A DNA stretch of 64,000 nt, from assembly GCF_006345805.1 (NCBI RefSeq), contig NC_043022.1, forward strand, positions 11,842,001 to 11,906,000, in the 5' to 3' direction. Under the pieces are notes generated by a model, which did no database searches, was not told where the DNA came from, and saw only the letters and a program-made list of their open reading frames with translations. Positions 38,384 to 52,066 of this stretch are shown here, piece after piece. A program made the translations under genes and the position numbers. Positions within the stretch are counted from its first letter, which is position 1, and each line of letters opens with the position of its first letter. The stretch comes from Octopus sinensis (Eukaryota).

Positions 38384-38415
38384 GGACGGACAGATGGACG
38401 GACAGACAGACGGAT
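38211..38415. repeat. Compound (CGGA)n/(GGGC)n/(CAGA)n microsatellite
   Basis: Direct inspection. Confidence 0.95.
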
Positions 38416-39489
38416 GGACAGAACACACATCTGCAGGCATGCTTTTTTTTTTATCTTGTAATCTCAAATTCACAAATTTCTGCACTAGGAGGTGGTGGTG
38501 ATGGTGGTGGTGGTCATTGTGATGGTGGTAGTATAGTATTGATGGTGACAAGGGTAGAAGAGGTTATGGTGGTGGTGCCAGGTATGGCGTTAAACCAGGA
38601 ATGGATTAGGTTTATTGGGAATCATCGTTTGCTGGTGTCGGCTACCCCCCCCCCAGCTCTGGGGGTCAAGTTGACCTATGATCAAAGGTTTTCCACTTAT
38701 GACCATTCCATCTTTTTTTTCCTTGGTGTGGTGCGGGAGAGCTGAACTATATTATCCAATGTTCTCTTTCCTTCGTTTCAAGATGTTCGATGGTGTGATT
38801 TGTGAGAGACTTGGCTGTTATTTCTAATATGTTCCTGGTACCCATGGAGAGGTCTCATTGGCTCAAACATACACAAGAAAGTAGAGTGTAATTTGAAAGT
38901 GACATGACTGCTATTTCTAGCAAAGGTGTGATGCTGGCAGCAGCAGTAGTAGTAGTAGTGATGGTAGTTGTGGTGGTGGTGGTAGTAGTAGTAATGGTGG
39001 TGTTGGTAGTAGTGGTGTTGGTGGTAATAGTAGTAGTAATGGTGGTGGTGGTGGTAATAGTAGTAGTAGTAGTAGTAGGAATGGTGGTGTTGGTGGTGGT
39101 AGTAGCGATATGGTTCTGGTGGTGATGGTGGTGGTGGTCATTGTTGTTGTGTTGTTGTGGTGGTGGTGGTGGTGGTGACATGATGACTTGCAAGGTGATG
39201 TGAAGATGACCTGATGAGAGAGGAGGGGGGGAAAGAGAAATGGAAAAAGAGTGAGGAGGAGGAGAGGAGGAAAGGCAGAAAAAGAAGAGGGAAAACATAG
39301 GAGGAAAACCTAAAATGTCAGCTGTGTGTGGGTTGACAGAGGTTGACCATTTCTATCTCGTTAAAGTTACATAACACACAGACACACACACACATATATT
39401 TACAATTCCCTAAAACCAAACACAGATGCACATACACACATACATATGCACAGATACACACATGCACATACATACAAAAAAAATTTACA

Positions 39490-39870
39490 CAGGCGTAGCA
39501 ATGGCTGTGTGGTAAGTAGCTTGCTTACGAACCACATGGTTCTGGGTTCAGTCCCACTGTAGGGCACTTTGGGCAGTTGTCTTCTACTATAGCCTCGGGA
39601 CGACCAAAGCCTTGTGAGTGGATTTAGTAGACGGAAACTGAAAGAAGCCCATCACGTGTGTGTGTGTGTCTGTGTTTGTACCCTCACCATTGCTTGGCAA
39701 CCGATGTTTGTGTGTTTACATCCCCATAACTTAGCAATTCAGCAAAAACAACCAATATAATAAATACTAGGCTTACAAGGAATAAGTCCTGGGGTCAATT
39801 TGCTCAACTGAAGGCCATCCTCCAGCATGGCTGCAGTCAAATGACTGAAACTGATAAACAAATAAAAGAA
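39490..39870 (+). mobile_element. SINE family A, intermediate age
   Basis: Family match. Confidence 0.85.
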
Positions 39871-40153
39871 TACACACACACACACACACAATATATACAC
39901 ACACATATAAAATACTTGTACAAGAAAAGTGGTGACAGTGACTTCAGTGACTTTGAAGTTTTTACTTGCTAGCCTTCTCCGGATTGTCAAACAATCCATT
40001 GAAAGTTTTAAATTGTTTTTATGATAACTTGACATAAAAACAAACATTAATATGTGTATGTGTGTGTGTGTGTGTATGCATGCGTGTATACACACACATA
40101 TAAAGCAATATTCATATGTACACACAGAGAAACATGAATCAGCCAATAGTTTC

Positions 40154-40186
<33 letters not shown>

Positions 40187-40247
40187 ACTGCGTGTGTATC
40201 GTTGGCGATTTTCTTTCTCTATTTTGTCTTCTTTGGACTTTTTCTAT

Positions 40248-40282
40248 ATTTCTGATGAAGAGCTCCGCTCGAAACATGAAAT
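40248..40282 (+). ncRNA. Minimal type I hammerhead ribozyme motif (cleavage-site variant)
   Basis: ATTT-CTGATGA-A-GAGC/tcc/GCTC-GAAA-CA-TG-AAAT. Confidence 0.6.
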
Positions 40283-40392
40283 CCTCTTTCTTTTCTTTTC
40301 TTTCCTTTCCTGAGCATCCAATAACACAGTACTTGTTCCACGTCCTCGGGTTGTTTTATCTTGCTTGTTCTTGCTTGGATTGATCATATATA

Positions 40393-40790
40393 TACTCTTT
40401 TACTCTTTTACTTGTTTCAGTCACTTGACTGCGGCCATGCTGTAGCACCGCCTTTAATCGAGCAACTCGACCCTGGGACTTATTCTTTTTGTAAGCCCAG
40501 TACTTATTCTATTGATCTCTTTTGCTGAACCGCTAAGTAACGGGGACATAAACACACCAGCATCGGTTGTCAAGCAATGCTAGTGGGACAAACACAGACA
40601 CACACATGCATATATATATATATACATATATACGACGGGCTTCTTTCCAGTTTCCGTCTACCAAATCCACTCACAAGGCATTGGTTGGCCCGAGGCTATA
40701 GTAGAAGACACTTGCCCAAGGTGCCATGCAGTGGGACTGAACCCGGAACCATGTGGTTGGTAAGCAAGCTACTTACCACACAGCCACTCC
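40393..40790 (-). mobile_element. SINE family A, full length
   Basis: Family match. Confidence 0.9.
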
Positions 40791-40811
40791 TCTATATCTA
40801 TATATATAGAT

Positions 40812-40951
40812 ATAGATTCAGATGAATATGGTACCTAAGTTGAGGCACCAGAATTTACTATGGTATTATCCATACAATTTCAAAGTAAGGTGATTATAAT
40901 CAAAATAAGCAACAATATCTCTGCATATCCTTGTTGCTTATTTTGATTATA
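40812..40951. mobile_element. TA-flanked module with terminal fold-back; second copy at about 54232-54350
   Basis: 40812-40915 is the reverse complement of about 54240-54345; 21-bp inverted repeat at 40895-40915 and 40931-40951. Confidence 0.6.
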
Positions 40952-41125
40952 TATATATATCTCTAAAGTCATAAAGGAATGAGAAATAGTTTGGTGAAAT
41001 ATTTTTCTAATACCACGACAAATTGTATCAAACTATATATTCTATATGTTATGTAGAATGATACATTATGGAGCATTTTTATATGAGTACAACTGGATTA
41101 TTTGAATCCATATTTTATGACTTAA

Positions 41126-41149
<24 letters not shown>

Positions 41150-41156
<7 letters not shown>

Positions 41157-41455
41157 CACGTTACCGACCAGGCCATCAGATGTTGCTACATATTGCTGGT
41201 CACAATGTGCTTCGCGTTGTTTTAGACTTCAAATGACGCCACCCCACTGGCTAAACGAGCAGGCCAACAGAAGAAAGAGTGAGAGAAAGTTGTGGCGAAA
41301 GAGTAGAGCAGGGATCGCCACCACCCCCTGCCAGAGCCCCGTGGAGCTTTTAGGTGTTTTCGCTCAATAAACACACACAACGCCTAGTCTGGGAATCGAA
41401 ACCGCGATCCTCCGACGGTGAGTTCACTGCCCTAACCACTGGGCCATTGCGCCTC

Positions 41456-41458
<3 letters not shown>
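41150..41458 (-). mobile_element. SINE family D head with an alternative 3' module
   Basis: Head TGGAGGCGCAATGGCCCAGTGG..GGTTTCGATTCCC shared with 51447-51832; tail differs. Confidence 0.85.
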
Positions 41459-41490
<32 letters not shown>

Positions 41491-41631
41491 AAAACCACAG
41501 ATCTTGTAAAATACAACATTATAACATTATCTTTACTCTCTTAGCTGATTGAGTGCTATTCTACTTGATACCACATAAATTTATCTATGTAGATGCATGT
41601 GTGTGTGTGTGTTGTGTGTGTGTGTGTGTGT

Positions 41632-41695
<64 letters not shown>

Positions 41696-41705
41696 AATGT
41701 GTGTG

Positions 41706-41737
<32 letters not shown>

Positions 41738-42104
41738 CACACACACAATCTAATAGCACAATATAAACTTACCAATTCTACAGAAGCATTCAAATTCATT
41801 GCCACGACAACACAACAAAACACTATTTAGTCACTAATTACACAATCTCTCTTCTGTGTTCAACTGTGGTACTGGACCACATTCCTGGTAACGCCATCAT
41901 GTGATGAAAGAAAGATAGGAGAAAGACGGAGGTTTATTCAAAGGCATCCCACTGCATGCCACCTTGGGCAAATAGCTTCTACTACAGCCCTGGGCCGACC
42001 ACAGCTTTGCGAGTGGATTTGGTAGATGGAAACTGAAAGAAGGCTAACCTGGTGTGTGTGTGTGTGTGTGTGTATATATGTGTATGTATGTATTTGTATT
42101 TTTT

Positions 42105-42500
42105 TTTTACTTGTTTCAGTCATTTGACTGCGGCCATGCTGGAGCACCGCCTTTAGTCAAGCAAATCGACCCCGGGACTTATTCTTTGTAAGCCCAGTAC
42201 TTATTCTATCGGTCTCTTTTGCCGAACCGCTAAGTGATGGGGACGTAAACACACCAGCATTGGTTGTCAAGCAATGCTAGGGGGACAAACACAGACTCAC
42301 AAACACACACACGCATATATATATATATACATATATACGACAGGCTTCATTCAGTTTCTGTTTAACCAAATCCACTCACAAGGCATTGGTCGGCCCAGGG
42401 CTATAGCAGAAGACACTTTCCCAAGATGCCACGCAGTGGGACTGAACCCGGAACCATGTGGTTGATTAGCAAGCTACTTACCACACAGCCACTCCTGCAT
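42105..42500 (-). mobile_element. SINE family A, full length
   Basis: Family match; lies next to an opposite-strand head at 41945-42045. Confidence 0.9.
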
Positions 42501-44083
42501 ATGTGTAAATGTGTAGACTCCTTGTCTTGAGTTCATATGATAATTGTAAGCAAATGTCACCGTCATGGAAAAGGTGCTTGTTTCAGAGTTCTGCGGTAAT
42601 CATATTAGGGGAAACATTACCTAACTTGAAACAGGTGAAGGTTGGAGACAGGGAAGGTATCCAGCTAGAGAAATTCTTCCTTGACAAATTTTGTCTGACC
42701 CATGCAAGCATAGAAAAGTAGGCATTAAAACACTGATATGATGACGAATACCAATCCTTCTTGTTAGCATATTAAAAACCCTCAGGTATTTTCCATCTAC
42801 AATGCCACAGGCATGACTGTATGATTAAGAAATTTGCTTCAAAAACCTCATGGCTTCACTGGGAATGGGCTGGGGGTAAGAGTGTTGCACTCATAGTTGC
42901 AAGATTGTGGTTTCAGTTCCCGGACTGGGTGGTGCATCGTGTTCGTGAACAAAACATTTCATTTCACATGGCTTAAATCCACTCAGCTGTAAATTCATAA
43001 CCCTGCGATGGACTGTGTCCAGTTCAAGGGTGATGTTGTGATTTTGATGACACGTGCCATGAAAACTGAGTAACCAGCCCAATGAGTTCTCAGACTCAAT
43101 ACAGGAATGCCAGGGATTGATGATGATGATGATATCACTCCTTTATCACCACATATATCTGCAGTACCTATGTAAGATTTTCCACTCCCACCCATAACCC
43201 CAAGGATCAGTACCATCCGCTTTAAGAAGCAGTGGTGTAGTGTGTCACCAGAGTTGCTATCCACTGAGTTTGTATACAATCTGCGGAGCGTAAATATTGG
43301 AGGTTAAGGTACTGGACTACTGCTGCCGTTTAACAAAGGGGCATAACTACGCTTGCTCCAGTCTACCTGGTTGACAAATGACAGGTTCGTCTTATTTCAA
43401 TATTGTATGGTTAGTTAAACCTGGAGAGAAGGAACTGAGCTATAAATAACCACTCCATCCATGAACAGATAAGGAAGTCATGATAAGTCGTTTGATATGC
43501 TAGAATTAACAGCTACAAACAACACCCAAATGTCTTAAGAATCTAAGAACATATGGCTCAGACATCCACATCATATCACACACACATGGCATCACTACCA
43601 CACAACACTACACATATACAGTATGTCCTCATCCACCATACAACACCACACAACATTCCATACTACCATGCATCTTCAAGACCCCCTACACACTATACCC
43701 CATCTCTTCCATACTACGTCCCTCCCACCACGTGCACACACAATGTATCCCCTGTCGAACATGGATATGCTTTGTTGAACATGCTGCCACACTCCTCCTC
43801 TCACACAGAACTTACCCACTGTCCTACACTCCACCCCACACAATATACCCACAATTCCACGCCCCACCTCACACAACATACCAACCGTCCCACTCTCCAC
43901 CCAACACAATATTCCCACATTTCACCCGACACGATGTACCCACAACCCACCCCACATAATGTACTCACAGCCCACCAAACAAAATACACCCACCGCCCAC
44001 CCCCCATAATATACCCACATTCACACACTCTACCCCACACAATATTTCAACAGTACCACTCTCCATCCCAACAAAACCCCTCT

Positions 44084-44450
44084 ATGTAGGATACACATGT
44101 ATCTGGGCTACATGTGTATCCTACATGTAGGATACACACGTAGGAGTACCTACATGTAGAGTACCTTGGTAAGATAACAAGTATTAGGAGTACCTGTAAA
44201 ATACATCATTAGAACTACCCTAGGGGGATACACATGTGTAAGAGATAATTTGCATGAGATACCCTGGGAGAATCACACATGTTAGAGCTTCTCTGGGTGG
44301 AATGCACATGTTTTAGGGCCAACCTGGTTGGTTAATACATATATTAGGTCCACCCTGTGTGTGTTACACAAAACAGGATATAGATGTATTAGGTCTACCC
44401 TAGGTGGGTTATAATATGTAGTAAGGCTACCCTGGGTGGGCTACAACAGT
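44084..44450. repeat. Overlapping palindromes followed by a decayed minisatellite of about 32 bp
   Basis: 18-bp perfect stem at 44084-44126; 26-bp palindrome at 44113-44138; recurring CCCT(G/A)GG..ACACATGT units. Confidence 0.8.
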
Positions 44451-44607
44451 GATCCCACCCAAGTTGACAAGAGAAGAAGGTCAAATAGATGACTGCAATA
44501 TACTCCAGGGAAGTAGATTTGTCCAAAGTGAGTAAAGACAAGAGTTTTAAATTTGTCTTTTGTTTGTTTTGTTTGGCCAGAAATAGACTGAGATAAAGTT
44601 GAGGATC

Positions 44608-44649
<42 letters not shown>

Positions 44650-44931
44650 CTTAAATGAACAAGCTCAAACATAAATACACACATATATAGATGCATGACC
44701 TACAAGGCACACACATCAAACAAATATGCAACACGTCACAAACACACACACACACACACACACATCACATATATGCTTACATAGATTAATACATGTATGT
44801 TTCTATACACACATACACACACATTACATACACACATGTTACATACACACACACACATTACATACATACACGCACACACATTACATACATACATGCACAC
44901 ACACATTACATACATACACGCACACACGCAT

Positions 44932-44972
<41 letters not shown>

Positions 44973-46082
44973 TACATACATGTGTGTGTACATTACATAC
45001 ATAAGCACTCACCAAACTTTTAATTAACTGTATCTAGCCACGCTGATTAGCAAAGGAACTTCAATGTAGATGACGGTGGTGGTGGTAGCAGTGGGGGTGA
45101 GTGGTGTAGTGGTTCTTGTGTAATAAGGGTGGTGGTGGTGGTGATGAGTGTGGTGATGGGCAACATAGCTGTCGTATAATGACGATGATGGCGGAGGTAT
45201 TTACCATGGTGGCGGAGATAGCAATAATGGTGGTGTTGGGGGTGGTGGTGTGGAGGCATCTGTGATGGTGGGCGCAATGTTGTGATTTGGTAGTTCTTGT
45301 GTAGTCATGGTGATGGTGGTGGAGGTGGCAGTGGTGGTGGTGGTGGAGGTGGTAGTGGTGGTGGTGGAGGTGATGGTGGGTGGTGGTAATAGTGTTGATA
45401 GTGGAGATGATGGTGATGGTTACGTAGTCTTAGTAATGAGGATGGTGGTAATGGTGGTGGTGGTGGTGGAGGTGGTGGTGGCAGCAATGGAGATGATGGT
45501 GGTGATGATGACGATGATGATGATGATGGTGAGGAGGAGGATGATGATGGCGATAATGATGGTGGGGGGTGGTTTTGGTGGCAGTGTTGGCTGTGATAGA
45601 CGTAATAATGGTGGTGCCGATGATGCCGGTAGTGATGGTCATGATGGAAGCATGAGAAGTGCTCCAGGGCTGTCTTCACAGTGTGTGTGTATGTATGTGT
45701 GTTTATGCATGTATGTGTGTGTGCATGTGTGTGAAGGTGGTTGGGGGTAGGCTGTGCAATATCTGGGATATGTAAGCCGTATGACTCCAGAATGAATTCA
45801 TGCTGGGTCAGTTAAAGGTTAACAGTTGCCTGATAGCAGAGAATTCCTCATCACAGCTCATCTTCTTCTCCTTCTTCTTCTACTATCAGCCAGACAAATT
45901 ATATGGCCACCACTATTCACCTGCCAACCCAAGAAACAGGACGAGGGAGCTTATCTAAGTCAACCATCTTGAGTCAATGTCATTCGTGGTGCAAAAAAAT
46001 AACAGCTAAATTTCCCTCAAAACACTACATATAACATACAATCAGATGGGATGGTCGCAGCTAGAACAACTTTGATTTAGAG

Positions 46083-46758
46083 CAGGGCTGTCCAACCTGA
46101 GGCACGTGGGTTGTTAGCGGCCCACTTGATACCTTCTTGAAATGGGTTTATTTAAACAAACATTTAAAAAAAATTTTAGCAAAAATTAAAGGTGGCTGTG
46201 TGGTAAGTAGCTAGCTAACCAACCACATGGTTCCGGGTTCAGTCCCACTGCGTGGCATCTTGGGCAAGTGTCTTCTGATATAGCCTCGGGCCGACCAATG
46301 CCTTGTGGGTGGATTTGGTAGACGGAAACTGAAAGAAGCCTGTCGTATATATGTATATATATATATATGTGTGTGTGTATGTGTGTGTGTGTTTGTTCCC
46401 CTAGCATTGCTTGACAACCGATGCTGGTGTGTTTACGTCACCGTCACTTAGCGGTTCGGCAAAAAGAGACCGATAGAATAAGTACTGGGCTTACAAAGAA
46501 TAAGTCCCGGGGTCGATTTGCTCGACTAAAGGCGGTGCTCCAGCATGGCCGCAGTCAAATGACTGAAACAAGTAAAAGAGTATAGTAATGAAAAGTAAAA
46601 AAGAAAGATACTACTGTTTTTGCAACGATCATTTTTCGTGTTGAATCAGCGATCATTCATTAAGGATTGTAATAATAGCATGAGAAAGCAAAATGCTTTC
46701 AATTCAGTCAGTATAAAAGTGACCCTCAAAAAGCTTTCTGTGGTTAAAGTGGCCCACA
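46083..46758 (+). mobile_element. Possible hAT MITE remnant interrupted by a SINE A
   Basis: Starts CAGGGCTGTCCAACC..GCGGCCC, typical of hAT MITE ends; right TIR missing. Confidence 0.4.
46192..46582 (+). mobile_element. SINE family A, full length
   Basis: Family match. Confidence 0.9.
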
Positions 46759-47040
46759 TCATCATCATCATCGTTTAACGTCCGCTTTCCATGCTAGCAT
46801 GGGCTGGACGATTAGACTGAGTTCTGGCGAACCAGATGGCTGTACCAGACTCCAATCTGATCTGGCAGAGTTTCTACAGCTGGATACCCTTCCTAACGCC
46901 AACCACTCCGAGAGTGTAGTGGGTGCTTTTACGTGCCACTGGCACGAGGGCCAGTCAGGCTGTACTGGCAACGGCCACGCTCAAATGGTGCTTTTTATGT
47001 GCCACCTGCACAGGAGCCAGTCCAGCAGCACTGGCAACGG
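46758..47040 (-). mobile_element. SINE family C
   Basis: Family match. Confidence 0.85.
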
Positions 47041-48079
47041 CCTAATTCAAATTAGCCAGGCCTGATTTAGAGTGACCTGGACCTAAACAGCAACAGCAAC
47101 AAATAGCATTACTGAAGATGCTAAAATAGCAGCTAAATATCTCTCAAATCACATCTTTAAAAAGTTACATAGGATTGTGTAACCATTTTTATACAAATAT
47201 AAGGAAGCAAGCAGACAGAATCATTAGCATATCAGACAAAACGCTTAGCAGTATTTCTTCCAGCTCCTCACATTCCAAGTTCAAATTCTGCCAAAGTCAA
47301 TTTTGCTGTTCATCCCTTCAGGGTCAATGAAATAAGTACCAGTTGAATATTGGGGGTTATTGACTTGTCCCCCACCCCCCACCCCACCCCAAAAATGGTC
47401 TTGTGCCAAAATTTGTAATCATCATCATCATCATCATCGTTTAGCGTCCGCTTTCCATGCTAGCATGGGTTGGACAGTACGACTGGGGTCTGGGAAGCCA
47501 GGAGGCTGCACCAGGCACCAGTCTGATCTGGCAGTGTTTCTACAGCTGGATGCCTATATATAAATAGATGGGATGGTCACAGCTGGAACAGCTTTGATCA
47601 GGACTGATCTGGGGCTAAGTAACAATAGCAAAAAAAAAAAAAAAGCAGAGTCGATGCCATTGAAACAGTTTAAAACAACAGCTAAGTATCACTCAAATCA
47701 CTTCCTACAGTCCTTGAAAAGTCAGATAAGGCTTTGTAGCGTGTGATATACAGATGGGGTGGTCACAGCTGGAAAACCTTTCATTAGGACTGACCTGGGG
47801 ATAAACAGCAACAAAGAAAGCATCAATGTCACTGAAACAACTAAAAATAGCAGCTAAATTTCCCTCAAATCACAACCTACAGTCTTTGCAAAGCTACACA
47901 TAAGGACTATGTCATCGTCATCATTTAATGACCATTTTCCATGCTGCCATGAGTTGGATGATTCCAAAGACACCAAGTTCTTCTGTCAGCTTTGACATGG
48001 TCTCTATGGCTGGATGCCCTTCCTAATGCCAACCGCTTTACAGAGTCTACTGGGTGTCTTTTATGTGACACCAGATTAT

Positions 48080-48640
48080 GATATACAGATGGAATGGTCA
48101 TATCTGGAATAGCTTTGATTATAAAGGTGGGTTGGATCAGGAGACTGACCTGGGACTAAACAACTAAAAGAGACACATTAGATAATATAGTCCCAGATAC
48201 ACTATGAGTAAAAGGTGGGATGGTCACAGCTAGATCATCTTTAATCATAGGCATACTGGATCAACTTTGACCTGGGGTTAAACAATAAGGTTGTACAAGA
48301 TAGACAATGCCTTAACAAATAGGGAAAGGTAAGAGGTGGAAGATCTTTGATCACAGGTCTGCTGGATCTGAACTAACCTGGGGCTAAACAACAAGGAAGG
48401 ACACATTAGACAATGTAGTCCAAGATATACTATCCCTGAATAAAATATAAAATGGTAACAGAGGGAACATCTTTAATATTAGGTCTAGTGGAGCTGGAAA
48501 AACCTGGGGTTAAACAACAAGAAAGAACACATGAAATAATGTAGTCCAAAATATACGATGACTCAATTAAAGAAAGGATGGTCATGGTTAGGATGTCTTT
48601 AATTGTTAGTGTGTTGGATTCGAGTTGACCTGAGGGTTAA
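48080..48640 (+). repeat. Family E tandem units (about 5 copies)
   Basis: Recurring CTGACCTGGGG(C/T)TAAACAACAA and GATGGTCA motifs; similar block at 55400-55680. Confidence 0.8.
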
Positions 48641-48729
48641 AACAGGACTTAAAGAGGTGGAGTTCAACAGAGGTCAGCTGCACCCTCCACGATCCCAAAC
48701 TATATGTGAATGTGTGTGTGTGTATAGAC

Positions 48730-49113
48730 ACAGGAGTGGCTGTGTGGTAAGTAGCTTGCTTATGAACCACATGATTCCGGGTACAGTCCCACTGCGTGGC
48801 ACCTTGGGCAAGTGTCTTCTACTATAGCCTTGGGCCGACCAAAACCTTGTGAGTGGATTTGGTAGACGGAAACTGGAAGAAGCCTGTCGTATATATGTAT
48901 ATATGCATGTGTGTGCATATGTTTGTGTCTGTGTTTATCCCACCCACCCCAACAACTGATGCTGGTGTGTTTAGATCCCCATAACTTAGCGGCTCGGCAA
49001 AAGAGACCGATAGAATAAGTACTAGGCTTACAAAGAATAAGTCCTGGGGCCGATTTGCTCGACAAAAGGCGGTGCTCCAGCATGGCCACAGTCAAATGAT
49101 TGAAACAAGTAAA

Positions 49114-49115
<2 letters not shown>
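48730..49115 (+). mobile_element. SINE family A, full length
   Basis: Family match. Confidence 0.9.
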
Positions 49116-49155
<40 letters not shown>

Positions 49156-49694
49156 TTGTGAGTGTTCACACGTGTGGATGTGTGTGCGTATACATGTGTG
49201 TGTGTGTTTATATCTAAACACCTACTTTTATTCTAACCACCTACTTTTATTGCTACCCCAACGTTGTGTCCCCTTTGTCCCTTCACCTCCAAATAAATTC
49301 TAATTTGCTCCCTAGATCTAGAGTAGAACAGAGGCCAGGCCCTCAACAAGGAAGATACCCACCAGCAGCAGAGCGGTGATCAGGTGTTTACTCGCACCAA
49401 CCAATATGAACCCCTATACTACAGGCTAATCAGTTAATCTAACCATGCCCACCCATTACTGAACTTAAACATGAAAAGGATTAACCAGGGATTAAATAGA
49501 GAGACGGATTACTTCTAGCCATTTACATTTCCTCTGTTCTACTTAAGGTCATATGTTCTAAACATTCACACACCACACTAGTAAACAAATGGACTTACAC
49601 ACAGATATACACACAAGGACCAGACAATGAAATGCCTTCACTGAGGCCCAGTCAGGTATTCAATAATCCATGTTTAAATAAAAATAGAATAGTT

Positions 49695-49742
<48 letters not shown>

Positions 49743-49957
49743 TATATGCACAGTTGTATAAACACATGCATATATACATACACAAACATGTATATACACA
49801 TGCAAGCACAAATATATACACAAACACAAACACACATCTATACACATGCACATACATCTATACACACGCACATACGTATATATGTATATATATACATGCA
49901 ACTGTGTACAAATATATATATGTAAGTATATGTATTTATCTATCTATATATTATATA

Positions 49958-49989
<32 letters not shown>

Positions 49990-49992
<3 letters not shown>

Positions 49993-50392
49993 GCGTAGGA
50001 GTGGCTGTGGTAAGTAGCTTGCTTATGAACCACATGGTTCCGGGTTCAGTCCCACTGCGTGGCACCTTGGGCAAGTGTCTTCTACTATAGCCTCAGGCTT
50101 TGTGAGTGGATTTGGTAGATGGAAACTGAAAGACACACAAACATATAGACACACATATATATATATGTGTGTATATGTTTGTGTGTCTGTGTTTGTCCCC
50201 CCAAGAGCGCTTGACAACTGATGCTGGTGTGTTTACGTTCCTGTAACTTAGCAGTTCGGCAAAAGAGACCGATAGAATTAGTACTAGGCTTACAAAGAAT
50301 TAGTCCTGAGATCGAATTGCTCAACTAAAAAAAAAGTGGTGCTCCAGCATGGCCACAGTCAAATGACTGAAACAAGTAAAAGATTAAAGAGT
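49990..50392 (+). mobile_element. SINE family A, full length
   Basis: Family match. Confidence 0.9.
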
Positions 50393-50798
50393 ATATATAT
50401 ATATATAAATAAGGATAAGATTGTTATTTAAAATACCGATCATATCAAGTGACCAGCATGGGAATAAAAACCTTCAAAGGTAATAATTATTATGAAAATT
50501 ATAATTAAGGGTATCGAAAAGATACCACCATGCTAGAGATAACTGATGATGATGATACAATGGGCGTCTTTCAGTTTCCATCTACCAAATCCACTCTCAA
50601 GGCTTTGGTTAGCCCAGAGCTATAGCGGAAGATGGTTATGCAAGGTGCCACGCAGTGGGATTGAACGTGGAACCATGTAGTTAGGAAGCAAACTTCTTAC
50701 CACACAGCCATCCCTGCAACTATCCACAACCATGGAGAGAGATGGAGAGAGAGTGGGGGAAGAGAGAGCAACAGAGAGCTTACAATATCCAACAGATG

Positions 50799-50858
<60 letters not shown>

Positions 50859-50959
50859 GAGGATATTGACCCAACACTAGTAAAGCATCTGAATTCTAAC
50901 ATTCATTTTCTGATAGACATCACACTTTGTTAAAGAAGAAGAAAAATTCACACACACAT

Positions 50960-51139
50960 GCATACGTTTTACTGACCATCATGGGTGCACTGGGTTATGT
51001 ACCAACAAATTTACACAAAAACCTAGAAATACTAGGATTTTCAAAGAAAGAGCAAAATAAAATGATGCAGATTCTCCAAACCCAATCTATTATTGGCACG
51101 GTGAAGATTTCTAAGACATTCCAAAGCTTCTCCATCTGA
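50960..51139 (+). mobile_element. R4/Dong-clade LINE extreme C-terminus
   Basis: TIMGALGYVPTNLHKNLEILGFSK..LQTQSIIGTVKISKTF* resembles the GALG..GT..I end of restriction-like-endonuclease LINEs. Confidence 0.75.
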
Positions 51140-51446
51140 GATTCTTCAGGTGAATGATGCATACAGGTATTCACCTACTCAACCACATATTTACAAACAC
51201 TGGGAACTCTCTTAAATCAAAAGGTTACGTTGTTTTGCTAGCAACCAGTTTGAATTCTCTTAGGAGCGTAAATAAGACTCAAAGGAAAAAACCGTACATC
51301 AGGATGAATGTTTCAATACGCTTATGAAATGAGGGAAAAACAGTAAGCACACAAACAGCATCTCCATCAATGACTTAACTGTTTCTCCTATGTCTGATGA
51401 GGAATGTTACAGGCACCTTGGGGTAGATGAAAACATATCTTATGAT

Positions 51447-51832
51447 GGATGGAAGCACTCCGTCTGTTACGACGACGAGGGTTCCGGTTGATCCGAATCA
51501 ACGGAACAGCCTGCTCGTGAAATTAACGTGTAAGTGGCTGAGCACTCCACAGACACGTGTACCCTTAACGTAGTTCTCGGGGATATTCAGCGTGACACAG
51601 AGAGTGACAAGGCCGGCCCTTTGAAATACAGGTACAACAGAAACAGGAAGTAAGAGTGAGAGAAAGTTGTGGTGAAAGAGTACAGCAGGGATCACCACCA
51701 TCCCTGCCGGAGCTTTGTGGAGCTTTTGGGTGTTTTCGCTCAATAAACACTCACAACGCCCAGTCTGGGAATTGAAACCGCGATCCTACAACTGTGTGTC
51801 CGCTGCCCTAACCACTGGGCCATTGCGCCTCC
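51447..51832 (-). mobile_element. SINE family D, full length, 14-bp TSD
   Basis: ACATATCTTATGAT at 51433-51446 and 51833-51846. Confidence 0.9.
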
Positions 51833-52066
51833 ACATATCTTATGATAGTACCTGTAACAAAGAAGTTATCACTAAAGCCAGATAAGAAAAATATGGACCT
51901 CAGCATTCTCTGTGTTCAATGCAATAGTGACCCACAATGTGTTTGTAATGCCAGCACTTTTACCAGTATTTGTGGTATTTTAATTGGATGCTTGATGAGA
52001 TCCATGTCACTGGTGTGAAAACCCAGAAGATACTAACCAGCACAAATAATTTTCAAGGTAGACTTC

